The notes below the pieces were generated by a model. The model searched no databases, was not told where the DNA came from, and worked only from the letters and a program-made list of their open reading frames with translations. This document shows, one piece after another, positions 12,830 to 25,029 of a stretch of DNA of 64,000 nt (positions are counted from its first letter, which is position 1; every line of letters starts with the position of its first letter). The position numbers and the translations under genes are program-made. The DNA is from Squalus acanthias. Lineage: Eukaryota. The DNA is taken from assembly GCA_030390025.1 (NCBI GenBank), contig CM059432.1, forward strand, positions 1,240,001 through 1,304,000, read 5' to 3'.

Positions 12830-13115
12830 GATCTCAGCCTTGAATATACTTGATGACTGAGCATTCACAGCCCTCTGGGGTAGAGAATTCCAAAGATTCA
12901 CAACCCCTTGAGTGAAGAAATTTCTCCTCATCTCAGTCCTATATGGTCGACCCCTTATCCTGAGATTCTGTCCCCTAGTTCTAGACTCTCCAGCCAGGGG
13001 ACACAGCCTCTCAGCATCTACCCTGTCAAGCCCTCTAAGAATTTTATACGTTTCAGTGAGATCACCTTTCATTTTTCTAAACTCCAGAGAATACGGGCCC
13101 ATTTTATTCAATCTT
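12830..13115 (-). mobile_element. CR1 ORF2 3' fragment
   Basis: YSLEFRKMKGDLTETYKILRGLDRVD...EMRRNFFTQGVVNLWNSLPQ. Confidence 0.85.
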
Positions 13116-13269
13116 TTCCTTGGAAAAGTTACTCAAAAACTATATAGCAGTGCCCAACTGGGTACTAACTATTGGCTCCATCACAAATTCTTCCGACACC
13201 CCTACCTCGGCCGATTTGCTACTGAAATCCAGGCTGATGCTTAATAACATTTTGAGTTGCTCTATCGAG

Positions 13270-14625
13270 CCACTTCTTGAGATCTCTGCGCTCCTCCAAT
13301 TCTGGCCTCTTGCACATCCCCGATTTTAATCGCTCCACCATTGGCGGCCGTGCCTTCAGCTGCCTGGGCCCTCGGCTCTGGAATTCCCTCCCTAAATCTC
13401 TTTACCTCTCTCCTCCCTTAAAAACCCTCCTTAAAACTTGCTGCTTTGACCAAGCTTTTGACCACCCTGTCTAATATCTTGATGTGGCATGGTGTCCAAT
13501 TCGTGTCTGATTCTGCACCTGTGAAGTGCCTTGAGATGCTTTTACTATGTTAAAGATGCTCTGGAAATGGAAGTTGTTGTTGACGTATTATTAGAGCAAC
13601 ACCTTTTGGCTGCATCTATTGACACCATTATGGTGCAAATACAGGAATATCTTATTCTCAACAAGAGGAAGTGGGAGGACAATATTCATCCAACATTTTG
13701 TTTGGAATGTGTATTTTGATCCAGTCTGCTGTAGAGTAATTGTAGTTCTTGGCAATGTGTAATTTGATCTAGTCATTGTCAGGCAGGCTACAAAGTTCAG
13801 ACAAGGCTCAGCGCTAACACTACCGAGTTCAGAGAATGCACAGTGCAAACACTACCAACATCAATAACACCTTTAACATAGTAAAATGTCCCAAGGCGCT
13901 TCACAGGAGTGTTATCAATCAAAAATTGACATCAAGCCCCATGAGGTATTAGGGCAGATGACCAAAAGCTTGGTCAAAGAGGTAGGTTTTAAGGAGCGTC
14001 TTTAAGGAGGAGAGGCAGCAAGGTTCAGGGAGTGAATTCCAGAGTTTTGGGGCCTTGGCAGCTGAAGGCACGGCTGCCAATGGTGGAGCGAAGAAAATCG
14101 GGGATGCCAATGTCTTTGGTTTTCCCAATGTTTAATTGGAGGAATTTGCAATTCATCCAAGACTGAATGTTGGACAAGCAATCTGACTACAGAGGCAGTG
14201 GAGGTGGTGGTGAGGTAGAGCTGGGTGTCGTTAGCGTACATGTGGAACCTGACGCTGTGTTTTCGGATGATGTCGCCGAGGGGTAGCATGTAGATGAGAA
14301 ATCAGATGAGGCCAAGGAAAGATCCACAGGAAACTACAGAAGTAATGGTGCAGGGACGGGACGGGACGGGAAGAGAAGCCATTGCAGGAGATTCTCTGGC
14401 TACGACTGGATAGGTAATAGTGGAACAAAGCAAGTGCATTCCTACTGAGCTAGACAACGGAGGAAAAACTTTGGAGAATGATGGTTTGCTTAACCATGTT
14501 AAAAGCTACTGAAATAAGATGGAGTGATAATGCACCATAGCCACAGTCACAGAGGATATCACTTTTGACTTTGATTAGGGCCGTAACCTGATTGGAGAGG
14601 TTCAAATATGGAGTTGCGGGAAGGA
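13270..14625. mobile_element. L2-type LINE fragments (+ strand 3' end at ~13270-13580; - strand RT/3' end at ~13855-14625)
   Basis: LRSSNSGLL..GGRAFSCLGPRLWNSLP on +; [26 protein letters not shown] on -. Confidence 0.8.
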
Positions 14626-15354
14626 TGGCAGACAGGTATAGAGCCAACGGTCAGCAGCAATGCCTTCTACTCCACTACTGCAGATAACGCAGTGTCTTTT
14701 GGAATGCAGGCGTTAGCTGTGGGCTTTGCAGGCAACACAAACTGCCCAGTGCCTCCGCTTCACTCCTGTATCTATGAATGCTGCTCTTCTTCTATTTCTC
14801 CTTCTCTTCCTCGCTCAAAAAAAAAGAGATTACAAAGTAACTATGGATGATCAAGGCCATTTAGCTCGCCTTGAATCAAATGTAGATCCCTCTGTGTGTG
14901 AAGAATGATTTCATGATATCATTCCTATATTTGAATCTGTGTTTTCTCCTACACTAGCGATCTTCCTTGTGGCTCTTTTCTGCACTGGCCCCATCACATC
15001 GGTAGCTTCCTTGTGCCTCAGTGACCAGCACTGCACAAGGGAGTCGAGGTGTGGTCTGAACAGCAGACTGTTCACGACTTCCTCTGACATAAAGGCCTGG
15101 ACTTTCCTAAGGAAACCTGACCATTTCTGGGTGGTGGTCTAGCAAGCGAAGTGCGACAGAGCCCCTCAGCACAAACTCAACACCAGAACTGGCCTCCTCG
15201 ATTTCTGCCATGAGTTCCCTCCCATGATTCCTCTGTGACCCTGATTGTTCTGCTGGCAGCGCACCCACCGCAATCAAATAAACAGGGGGGTGGAGGGACT
15301 GGCTAAATGCAAGTGCATGGGTGCGATTCTGGAAAATGGATTTGACCTGGAGTC

Positions 15355-15870
15355 GTCATAGAATCATAAAAATTTACGAGACACAAGGAGGCCATTCGGC
15401 CCATCATGTCTGTGCCAGCCAAAAAAGAGCTATCCAGCCTAATCCCACTTTCCAGCTCTTGGTCCATAGCCCTGTAGGTTACAGCACTTCAGGTGCATAT
15501 CCAAGTACTTTTTAAATGTGATGAGGGTTTCTGCCTCTACCACCCTTTCAGGGAGTGCGTTCCAAACCCCCACCACCCTCTGGGTGAAAAAATGCCTCCT
15601 CAACTCCCCTCTACTCCTTCTACTTTAAATCCATGCCACTCTGGTTATTGACCTCTCTGCTAAGGGAAATAGGTCCTTCCTATCCACTCTATCTAGGCCT
15701 CTCATAATTTTATACACAATTAAGTTTCCCCTCAGCCTGCTCTGTTCCAAAGAAACAACCCCAGCCTATCCAATCTTTCCTTATAGCTAAAATTCTCCAG
15801 TCCTGGCAACATCCTCGTGAATCTCCTCTGTACCCTCTCTAGTGCAAGCACATCTTTCCTGTAATGTGGT
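15355..15870 (-). mobile_element. CR1 3' fragment
   Basis: Reverse complement of the CR1 3' region seen at 11800-12300 (GAGGCCATTCGGCCCATC..., ACCACCCTCTGGGTGAAAAA). Confidence 0.8.
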
Positions 15871-15885
15871 CATTCAAAGAGTCAT

Positions 15886-16037
15886 ACTTTGAATGACCCC
15901 TTGCTTTTTTATCTGTTTCATTTCCTGCTTTTTTTTCTCAGTTCTGACGAAGGGTTTCGACCTAAAACGTTAACTCTGTTTCTCTCTCCACGGATGTTGC
16001 CTGGCCTGCTGAGTTTTTCCAGCGTTTTCTGTTGTTG
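15886..16037 (+). mobile_element. Solo Penelope pLTR fragment with a degenerate hammerhead motif and a 14-bp flanking direct repeat
   Basis: AGTT-CTGACGA-A-GGGT-TTCG-ACCT-AAAA-CG-TT-AACT at 15940-15975; homologous to the pLTR at 28390-28510; ATTCAAAGAGTCAT at 15872-15885 and 16038-16051. Confidence 0.75.
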
Positions 16038-17149
16038 ATTCAAAGAGTCATGTCTGATGTATTGAAACTGCAGTTTCTGAGATGTCATGGCTACTTTGGC
16101 AGATTGCCATCTATGGAAGCAGTAACTGCTGCCACTACAGAAGTGACAACAGCTCTTATACCTGCCTTCTAATGTCTGGCTGGCGGCTGCATTGATCTTC
16201 TGAACTACCACAGTCACCAGGATCTTCCTCAATGCCTCCCTCATTGCATTGCGGGTTCTGGACACCTCCAATTGTCCCGTCATCAGCACCATGAGAGAAG
16301 AGATTGTCTCCACTGCCTGCATGCGAGACCAATGCTCCTGAATCATTGATTAATAACAGCCTGAGCCCCTGATATCATGGTCTTGGAATCCTCAGCTGAG
16401 GCCTCTTGCTTGTGTCACCTCCGGGGAGAGACAGATGTCTCCTCAAAGTTGCCCTCAGCTCCTCCTGCTCACTGCTGCTCTGGGATCCACCCAGTAATAT
16501 CTGCACTAAGTCAGTAATACCGCTTCCCTGAATGGGTGCATCTGAGCTGTTGCTTGAATAAACAAGATGCCATGTTGGAATGGGTGGATCAGGTGCAGGA
16601 AGGGTCCTTCTGGTGGCACCAAACCGCTCAGATGCTTCTTTCTCTCTTCATTCAGCACCTTGAGGGTTGCAAAGGACAACCAACTGACTTGTGCATCATA
16701 AGGTTGTGCCGCTCTTCAGTATCACAGTGTTTCCCTGCACTTCGTTGAGAGCTAACTGCTGCCATTGTAAGGGCTTCTACTGTGATTCCCACAGAATCTT
16801 GCCCACCCAGGGGTGGATGGTAATCGTTGAAGTGTCATGCAGGTACTAAGAAAACTCAATTAGGAGGCACAACACTAGTTCTGTAGCCAGGCAAAGGAGC
16901 AGCACAGTAGTTACTTCCCTGGTTTAGGGCTGACCAAACGGACAAGCAGGTGAATGAAGTAGCTGTGAGGACTGGCCAATCTGCCAAGCCAGGCCCTACT
17001 CTATAGAGGGTTGCATGGCACCAATTTGTGCCATTCATAGTGTGCCGTGCATGACTCCAGGTTCACAATCAGCAGGATCTGTAAAAACTCCCGTCTGCTG
17101 GGAGAGTGAGGTCTCCACATTGAGTAGCCTCCCACCTCGATTTGACTCT

Positions 17150-17610
17150 GAAACATGATCCCGGTAGGGGGGGGAGGGAGAACGTGATCCAGGTGTAAAG
17201 GGTGGGGGATAAAGAGGGAGAACGTGCTTCCAGTCTAAGGGTCATGAGCAAACTCCGGAGGAAGCCTATTAAAGGCATATAAGCACTGGTACCAGCTTCC
17301 CCACAACGTTCCTCGCTGGAGAAATTGCTAATGCCAGTCCAGCACTGCTAAAGTACTGGAAACAACGAGGAAACTGCTTTACCTAGAGTAGTTAGAATGT
17401 GGAACTTGCTACCACCTGGAGTGGTTGAGGCGAATAGCATAGATGCATTTAAGGGGAAGCTAGTTAAGCACATGATATAGAAATGAATAAAAGGAAATGC
17501 TGATAGGGTGAAAAGAAGTAGGGTGGGAGGAGGCTGGTGTGGAGCATAAACACCGACATGAACCAGTTGGGCCAAATGGCCTGTTTCTGTGCAGTAAATT
17601 CTATGTAATG
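17150..17610 (+). mobile_element. Non-autonomous element: non-coding head fused to a CR1 3' tail (second copy at 54085-54632)
   Basis: Both copies share GCACTGGTACCAGCTT.CCCACAAC...AATTGCTAATGCCA.TCCAGC.CTGCTAAAGTA, joined at the same point to the CR1 tail GAGGAAAC...AGAATGTGGAAC. Confidence 0.7.
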
Positions 17611-17889
17611 TCACTAGTTCAATTTCTGGTCTTTGCTGAGTTAAGTTGATGGCAGTATAATTGGCCTCAGCATTTCTGGGCTAGGAAGGGACAAGCAACC
17701 AGGGTGCCCACACTGATTGCTAGCCAAGTGCATGTGTGTGGCTGGATCAGGCTTTTGGCTGCGATGCTAACAATGAAATGGCCTGCCAACACTGTCTGTG
17801 TAGGCCTGAAGATGAACAATGGCCACTTGTGGTGAGGTGTCAGAGGGTGAATGTTGACCATTGTACTAATGGAAGTCAATGACTTCTAG

Positions 17890-20260
17890 AAAGCCACGTG
17901 ACTCAGTTGGTAGCACTCTTTCCGCTGAATCAGAAGGACGGGAGGAGGCTCGAGTGGAGCATAAATGCCGGCATGGACTGGTTGGGCCGAATGGCCTGTT
18001 TCTGTTCCCTATATCCTATGTAAACCTATGTGGTCCTACTCCAGAGACTTGAGCACAAAAATCTATCCTGCCAACACTGCAGCGCAGTACTGAGGGAGTG
18101 CTGCACTGTCGGAGGTGCCGTCTTTTGGAAGAGACGTTAAACTGAGGCCCCGTCTGCTTTCTCAGGTGGACATAAAAGATCCCATGGCACTATTTTGAAG
18201 AGGAGCAGGGGAGTTTTCCCCAGTGTACTGGCCAATATTTATCCCTCAACCAACATCACTTAAACAGATTATCTGGTAATTATGACATTTCTGTTTGTGG
18301 GACCTTGCTGTGCGCAAATAAGAACATAAGAAATAGGAGCAGGAGTAGGCCATTCGGCCCTTCGAGCCTGCTCCGCCATTCAATGAGATCATGGCTGATC
18401 TTCTGCCTCAACTACATTTACCGGCCCTATCGCCATATCCCTTGATGCCCTTACTAGTCAGAAATCTATCGACTTCTGTTTTGAATATACCCAATGACTG
18501 AGCCTCCACAGCCCTCTGGGGTAGAGAATTCCAAAGATTCACCACCCTCTGTGTGAAGAAATTTCTTCTCATCTCAGTCCTGAATGGCCTACCCTTTTAT
18601 CCTGAGGCTGTGGCACCTGGCTCTAAACTCCCCAGCCAAGGGAAACATTCACCCAGCATCCACCCTATCAAGCCCTGTAATAATTTTGTATGCTTCAATG
18701 AGATCCCCTCTCATTCTTCTGAATTCAAGAGAATACAGGCCTAGTTTACTCAATCTCTTCTCATACGACAGTCCCGCCATCCCAGGAATCAACCTCGTGA
18801 ACCTTCGTTGCACTCCCTCTATGGCAAGTATATCCTTCCTTAGGTAAGGAGACCAAAATTGTACACAGTACTCCAGGTGTGGTCTCACCAAGGCCCTATA
18901 TAATTGGAGTAAGACTTCTTTACTCCTGTACTCAAATCCTCTTGTAATGAAGGCCAGCATACTATTTGCCTTCCTAATGGTTTGCTGCACCTGCACATTC
19001 ACTTTCAGTGATTCGTGTACAAGGACACCCAGGTCCCTCTGAGCATCTGCATTCCCCAATCTTTCACCATTTAGGAAATACTCTGCCTTGCTGTTTTTTC
19101 TACCAAAGTGGATAACTTCACATTTATCCACATTATATTCCATCTGCCATGTTCTCGCCCACTCACTGAGCCTGTCGAGATCCCCTTGAAGCCTCTTCAC
19201 ATCCTCTTCGCAACTAACACTGCCACCTAGCTTTGTATCATCAGCAAATTTGGAAATGTTACATTTAGTCCCCTCATCCAAATCATTGATATAGATTGTG
19301 AATAGCTGGGGCCCAAGCACCGATCCTTGCGGTACCCCACTGGTCACAGCCTGCCATCCTGGAAAAAGACCCGTTTATCCCTACTCTTTGTTTTCTGTCT
19401 GTTAACCAATTCTCAATCCATGCTAGTATATTACCCCCAATTCCATGTGCCCTCATTTTGTTCACCAACCTCCTGTGTGGGACCTTATCGAAGGCCTTCT
19501 GAAAATCCAAATACACCACATCTACCGATTCCCCTTTGTCTACTCCACTAGTTACATCCTCAAAGAACTCCAATAGGTTTGTCAAACAGGATTTCCCTTT
19601 CATAAATCCATGTTGACTCTGCCCAATCTTACTATAAGTTTCTAATTGCCCAGTTATTGCATCCTTTATAATAGATTCCAGCATTTTTCAGCTCTGTAGT
19701 TCCTCGTTTTCTCTCTCCCTCCTTTCTTAAATAGCAGGGTTACATTATCTATCCTCCAATCTGCAGGAATCATTCTAGAATCTATAGAATTTTGGAAGAT
19801 GATAACCAATGCGTCCACTATCCCAATGACCACCTCTTTCAAAACCCTAGGATGTAGGTCATCCAGTCCTTGGGATTTATCGACTTTTAGTCCCATTAAT
19901 TTTGCTAGTACTGTTTTTTTACGAATAATTTCTTTAAGTTCCTCATTCTCGCCACACCCTTGGTTTTCTCGTATTTCTGGGAGGTTTTTTGTGTCTTCCT
20001 CTGTGAAGACAGAAACAAAGTATTTATTTAATTTCTCTGCCATTTCCTCATTCCCCATTATAAATTCTCCCGTCTCTGACTGTAAAGGACCTACATTTAC
20101 CTTCGCCAATCTTTTCCTTTTCACATACCTATAGAAACTTTTACAATCCGTTTTTATATTTTTTGCTAGTTTGTGCTCATTGGCTGCTGCATTTCCTACA
20201 TTATAAAATTGGCTGTAAAGCGCTTTGGGACGTCCTGAGGTCGTGAAAGGCTTTCTTTTT
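17890..20260 (+). mobile_element. tRNA-head Deu-domain SINE (SacSINE1/AmnSINE-like), split by CR1 insertions
   Basis: Head GTGACTCAGTTGGTAGCACTCT; Deu core GAGACGTTAAACTGAGGCCCCGTCTG...AAAGATCCCATGGCACTA...GCTGTGCGCAAAT (to ~18319), resuming TGGCTGCTGCATTTCCTACATT...GTAAAGCGCTTTGGGACGTCCTGAGG at 20180. Confidence 0.85.
18320..20179 (-). mobile_element. 5'-truncated CR1 LINE (RT region) inserted into the Deu SINE
   Basis: ORFs 18649-19347, 19283-19684 and 19666-20277 carry GVPQGSVLGP, SKFADDTK and KAFDKVPH. Confidence 0.93.
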
Positions 20261-21042
20261 CTTTCTAGAAAGGCCAAAATTGGATAAGGAAAAAGCTATT
20301 ATAAGGGAAAATGGAAAAAAGAAGTGAGGAAATAATGTATGCAAGATTACAGTTGCAATCTGAAAAAAGATTAAATCTATACTCAAAATTTTCCAGGGCT
20401 CTTGAAAGTGTGGAACAAGGTGATATGATTCTTTCTGAAGAGAACTAAAAGGAACTTTTTTTCGGTTGTTGGCAGGTAACGTACACTTCTGCATCTGACT
20501 ACAGAGACGAATCGCACTTGAGTGTTCACTTCAATGTACTCTTACAAAATCAGCCCATTTTAATAAGGCGCGATACAGTATTAAAATTATTGCTGTCTGA
20601 GATAAAATTGCATTAAAGTAATAAATTAGGATGAGTGATCCTAAATGATGGTCACTGTAGTTTATCCTGTCACTGGTGGTAGCTTTATTTTCGGGGCTTT
20701 CCATCAACTATTTAATTCTGAAATCGTTTCTGCAAATTTAAGACATTTAAAATAACTTTGTAAATACTCTTCAGAATTATAGGAGAATGTTGTTTAGAAC
20801 CAATGTAGTCTTTTATCCTAGTCATTTGCATAATTTTTCAAATGTTAACATTTAAATCCAAATTCCAGACTGAGTGAAGACAATCCCATCAGAGAGGATT
20901 TTGTAGTAAGTAAGCAAAATTTTTCTTTTTTAAACTTCTTTTAAAAATAGTAACAGACCGTATACCGTTGAATATTCAAGTGATACTAACTTTTCTCAGC
21001 TCGTGTTATTTTGGTTCCTTTATGATGTGTCATAAAAACATT

Positions 21043-21797
21043 GGCCCGGAATTTGCAGTTGTAATGATGGCGAAACTGTCGGCGTTCTATGTAAAACTGA
21101 CAGCAACTCCTGTGCAGTTAAATGCGGAAATCCGTAAGTTGGAGTCAGTGATGCCCTGTTCCTCCACAGGGTGCGTCGTGGCAATCCCTACAGATGCAAT
21201 CAGCACCGAATCAGTGATTTGATGTGAACTTCAACTTTTTACGCACTATTCTCGCAGTAAAAACCCTTTAAAAAAGTTAAGCTTTGTTGAATGAGGTATA
21301 ACTGAATTTCTAACAGCGTGCTAAGTCATAATTACTGCTGAATAACCTCTCTGGCCTGGAAAAACTAATTTTAGAAGTCTGGAGTGTCATTCCCTCCATT
21401 CCATGATAAAAATTCAATAGATTTTTAAAATAATATTTAATTTTAATTTTATTTTTAAAAATTGTTTGATATTTCAGCTTCTACCCTTAATCCCATGTGT
21501 ATGTCCCAATCTTTATTTCGTTCTCTGTACAATTATTAAAAAGTGAATGAAAATCAGTGCATTTTACTTCCTGGTTTGCTGTCTGTGAGACTTATTCAAT
21601 CTGATTGGCTGGTCGGGCTGCTTGATGACGTCAATGATCCTGTACGCCACAGATCCCCTATATGATGGTGACAGAATGAAATTGACGTCGTAATAGGGGA
21701 AATCGACGCCACAGAGCCCGCTAAATCTTTGTGGGCAGCTTTCTTCGAGGTCAGCGGCGAGTACCATCCCTTCACCGCTGACAGCAAAATCCAGGCC
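21043..21797. mobile_element. Non-autonomous DNA transposon (MITE, Harbinger-like termini)
   Basis: Imperfect TIRs GGCCCGGAATTTGC ... GCAAAATCCAGGCC; flanks AACATT / AATGTT; AT-rich centre. Confidence 0.7.
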
Positions 21798-21949
21798 AAT
21801 GTTGTTCATGAATATTTATGAAAGTTTTCTATATGTATTCTGTTTCTATGATCCAGTTAGACTTCTGGCAAGTGTATTCTATTAAACCCTTGTGGTTGTT
21901 TTCCAGATTATTTTAAATTAAATATTTCCCATTCTGAGTACTTAGATGT

Positions 21950-22240
21950 AGGCTGACACATCAGTGCAGCACTGAGAGAGTGCATTATTGTCAGAGTTGC
22001 TGTCTTTTGGATGATATGTTAATTTGAGGGCCAGTCTGCTTGTTCAGGTAAGCACAAAAGATTCCACTTAGAAGAGCAGGATGTTATTTGCTATTTATGG
22101 GATCTTGCTGTTCACAAATTGGCTGCTGTTTTTGCATCCAACACAACGGTGATTAGACTTCAAAAGTAATTAATTGGCTGTGAAACACAATCGGACGGCC
22201 TGAGGATGTTAATGACGCAATATGAATGCAAGGTATTTCT
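21950..22240 (+). mobile_element. Degenerate Deu-domain SINE
   Basis: CAGTGCAGCACTGAGAGAGTGC...GATATGTTAAATTTGAGG...CTTGCTGTTCACAAATTGGCTGC...ACTTCAAAAGTAATTAATTGGCTGTGAA, homologous to 18080-18320 and 20180-20260. Confidence 0.75.
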
Positions 22241-22585
22241 TTCCTCCCACCCCTTTCCTCTCTCTCATCCTGTTTTGCCCCTCTATTGCTTCTCCCCTGT
22301 TCCTGCCCATTCTTCTCTCTCTTCCCTTTTGCTCCCCTCCAATCTCCTCTCTCTCTCTCTCCTCTACCTTCTTGCCCTACGCTCTCCCTTTTTCTCCCTG
22401 CCTCCTTCAACCATCTCTTTTTTGTCCCCTGTCTCCAACCCACGTCTCATGCTTTTCCCGTTCTTTCTCCTCAAATTTCCTCCAACTTTCCTCTGCTTCC
22501 TTTTACTCTCTCCTCTTCGTCCTCCCTCCCCACTCCTTCACCCCCTCCCTCCTTGCCCTTGCCTCACCATGTCCCTCTTTCTTTA
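22240..22585. repeat. Low-complexity polypyrimidine (CT-rich) tract
   Basis: ~345 bp that is predominantly C/T on the + strand. Confidence 0.9.
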
Positions 22586-23624
22586 AAAAAATTTCTGCAA
22601 ATATTGTCTTATGAGTGGCTCTTGGGTATGCCTCTGTGTGCCTCTCCCCCTCCTTGTCTTGCACACACAACTGCCAATAATTGCAATGTTTACATTTTCT
22701 AACTCAACAAAACACAGATGGTACCACAGAATATTTCAAAACTGAAAATTGTTAATGGAGAAAATTAATTCATATTAGGATGAGGAAAGGCAGTTTTTCT
22801 GCTTGATGCATTTGCTGAGGTTAAACATTTTTTTTAAAGTTTAGTTGAAAACCTATTCATTCATCTAATTTGTATCAAAATAATAAAAAAGAACACAAGC
22901 CACGATGGACATATTTCTACTGAGGAAAATAAACAATAGAATGTTTATAGTTTTAATCTAAAAGCTACAGCAGCTGGGCAATCAGCATAATTGCATAATT
23001 ATGTATTTCTCAAATACACAAGCTTCTCTGTTTTTAAAAAAAACACAATATAAACTCTACTTGAATAAAGCTTTTGAAATTTTTTCCTCTAGCTTTTCTT
23101 CAAATATTTTCGAAAAACATACTGACGAGAAGCAAAATGTTACTGAGTCATTCTGAGAAATATTGCACATGCTCAATCTGCATTCAGCTAATAAAGTCAC
23201 AGCTCTGGGTAGCAATCTCAAGACCAAGTCTGGTCATTTTCTAGAGTCTAATGCCTTAAAGTAAAATCTATAATGAAGCTATTAAAGAAACAAGATCATT
23301 TAAATCATCACCATTCACGAATGGATATGGCAGGACTGCTGAGCTTTGACCTGATCCATGGATTGTGGGATCGTTGTTTCCGTTTAGCATGCATTAAGCC
23401 TTGTGTTGTAGCTTCACCAAGTTGGCACCTCATTTTTAGGTACGACTGGAGCTGCTCCTGGCATGCTCTTCCACACTCCTCATTGAACTAGGGTTGGTCA
23501 TCTGGATTGATGGTGATGGAGGAGTGAGGATATACCAGCACTTGAGACTACAGATTGTGGTGAACTATCATCCTCAATCCCCTCCGTCATTCTGGTTGCC
23601 CTCTTCTGTATCCTTTCAATAGGA

Positions 23625-24615
23625 AGATGGTTGTGGTGGTTGAAGGTCAATCATCACAGCCCCAGGACATTGCTGCAGGAGTTCCTCAGGGCAGTGTCCT
23701 AGGCCCAACCATCTTCAGCTGCTTCATCAATGACCTTCCCTCCAACATAAGGTCAGAAATGGGGATGTTCGCTGATGACTGCACAGTGTTCAGTGCCATT
23801 CACAACTCCTCAGATAATGAAGCAGTCCATGCCCGCATGCAACAAAACCTGGATGACGTTCAGGCTTGGGCTGATAAGTGGCAGGTAACATTCATGCCAC
23901 AGAAGTGCCAGGCAATGACTATCTCCCAACAAGCGAGAGTCTAACCACCGCCCCTTGACATTCAGTGGCATTACCATCGCTGATTCCCCCATCATCAACA
24001 TCCTGGGGGTCACCATTGACTAGAAACTTAACTGGACCAGCCACATAAATAATGTGGCAACAAGAGCAGGTCAGAGGCTAGGTATTCTGTGGCGAGTGTA
24101 AGGAGTGTGATGGAATACTCTCCACTTGCCTGGATGAGTGCAGCTCCAACAACACTCAAGAAGCTCGACACCATACAGGACAAAGCAGCCCGCTTGATTG
24201 GCACCCCATCTACCACCTTAAACATTCACTCCCTCCACCACCGGCGTACCGTGGCTGCAGTGTGTACCATCTACAAGATGCACTGCAGCAACTCACCAAG
24301 GCTTCTCCGGCAGCACCTCCCAAACCCGCAACCTCTTCCACCTAGAAGGACAAGGGCAGCAGATGCATGGGAACACCACCACCTCCAAGTCACACACTAT
24401 CCTGACTTAGAGGTATGTCGCCGATCCTTCATCGTCGCGGGGTCAAAATCCTGGAGCTCCCTACCTAACAGCACTGTGGGAGTCCCTTCACCACACGGAC
24501 TGCAGCAGTTCAAGAAGGCAGCTCACCACCACCTACTCAAGGGTTATTAGGGATGGGCAATAAATGCTGGCGTTGCCAGCGATGCCCACATCGCATAAAC
24601 GAATTTAAAAAAAAA
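23625..24615 (+). mobile_element. 5'-truncated non-LTR retrotransposon (RT C-terminal half), same family as 43640-45065
   Basis: GVPQGSVLGPTIFSCFINDL, MFADD; internal deletion relative to the 43640 copy; tail GGGATGGGCAATAAATGCTGG...AAAAAAAA. Confidence 0.9.
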
Positions 24616-24756
24616 TAGTTGCAATATCCTTTTTTATACTCTGGCGACCAGAACTGTACACAGTATTCTAAGTACGGTTGCACCAATGATTTATAAAGTG
24701 GCAGGATTTCCTCACCATTTTGGCTCAATATTGACCTTTTAATACATCCCAACTAA

Positions 24757-24860
24757 GGTTCCCTCTAATTTTTTTGGCGCCGCGCGGGCCATTCAAAATA
24801 CCGTGCATGCGCAGTTTTTATATTGAAAAGTCGGCTGCGTGGGATACCTGGAGCTACAGG
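24757..24860. mobile_element. DNA transposon terminus fragment (hAT-like), opposite-orientation copy at 33500-33637
   Basis: TTCCCTCTAATTTTTTTGGCGCCGCGCGGGCCATTCAAAATACC is the near reverse complement of GGTATTTTGAATGGCCCGCGCGGTGCCAAAAAAAATTAGAGGGAA at 33590-33632. The superfamily assignment is from recollection of such termini. Confidence 0.55.
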
Positions 24861-25029
24861 GAGAATTGATCCCAACATCTGATTTGCTTTACTAACAGCC
24901 GCTGAGCATTGTTGCCATTTATTGTCAATCAGGAGCCTCCGATCTTTTGTCTGCCCAATTCCCAATTATATTCAAAGCCTCCTGTGGCTGATCTTATTAA
25001 GTTTTGGACCACAAAGGGAGGGAAGTTAT

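Noticed and set aside
16050..17050. 142-aa minus-strand ORF 15918-16346 and neighbouring short ORFs
   Set aside because: There is no recognisable domain, and the ORF runs into the Penelope pLTR, so it is most likely decayed transposon sequence.
22153..22702. Leu/Ser/Pro/Phe-rich and Arg/Gly/Glu-rich ORFs
   Set aside because: These are translations of a polypyrimidine low-complexity tract.
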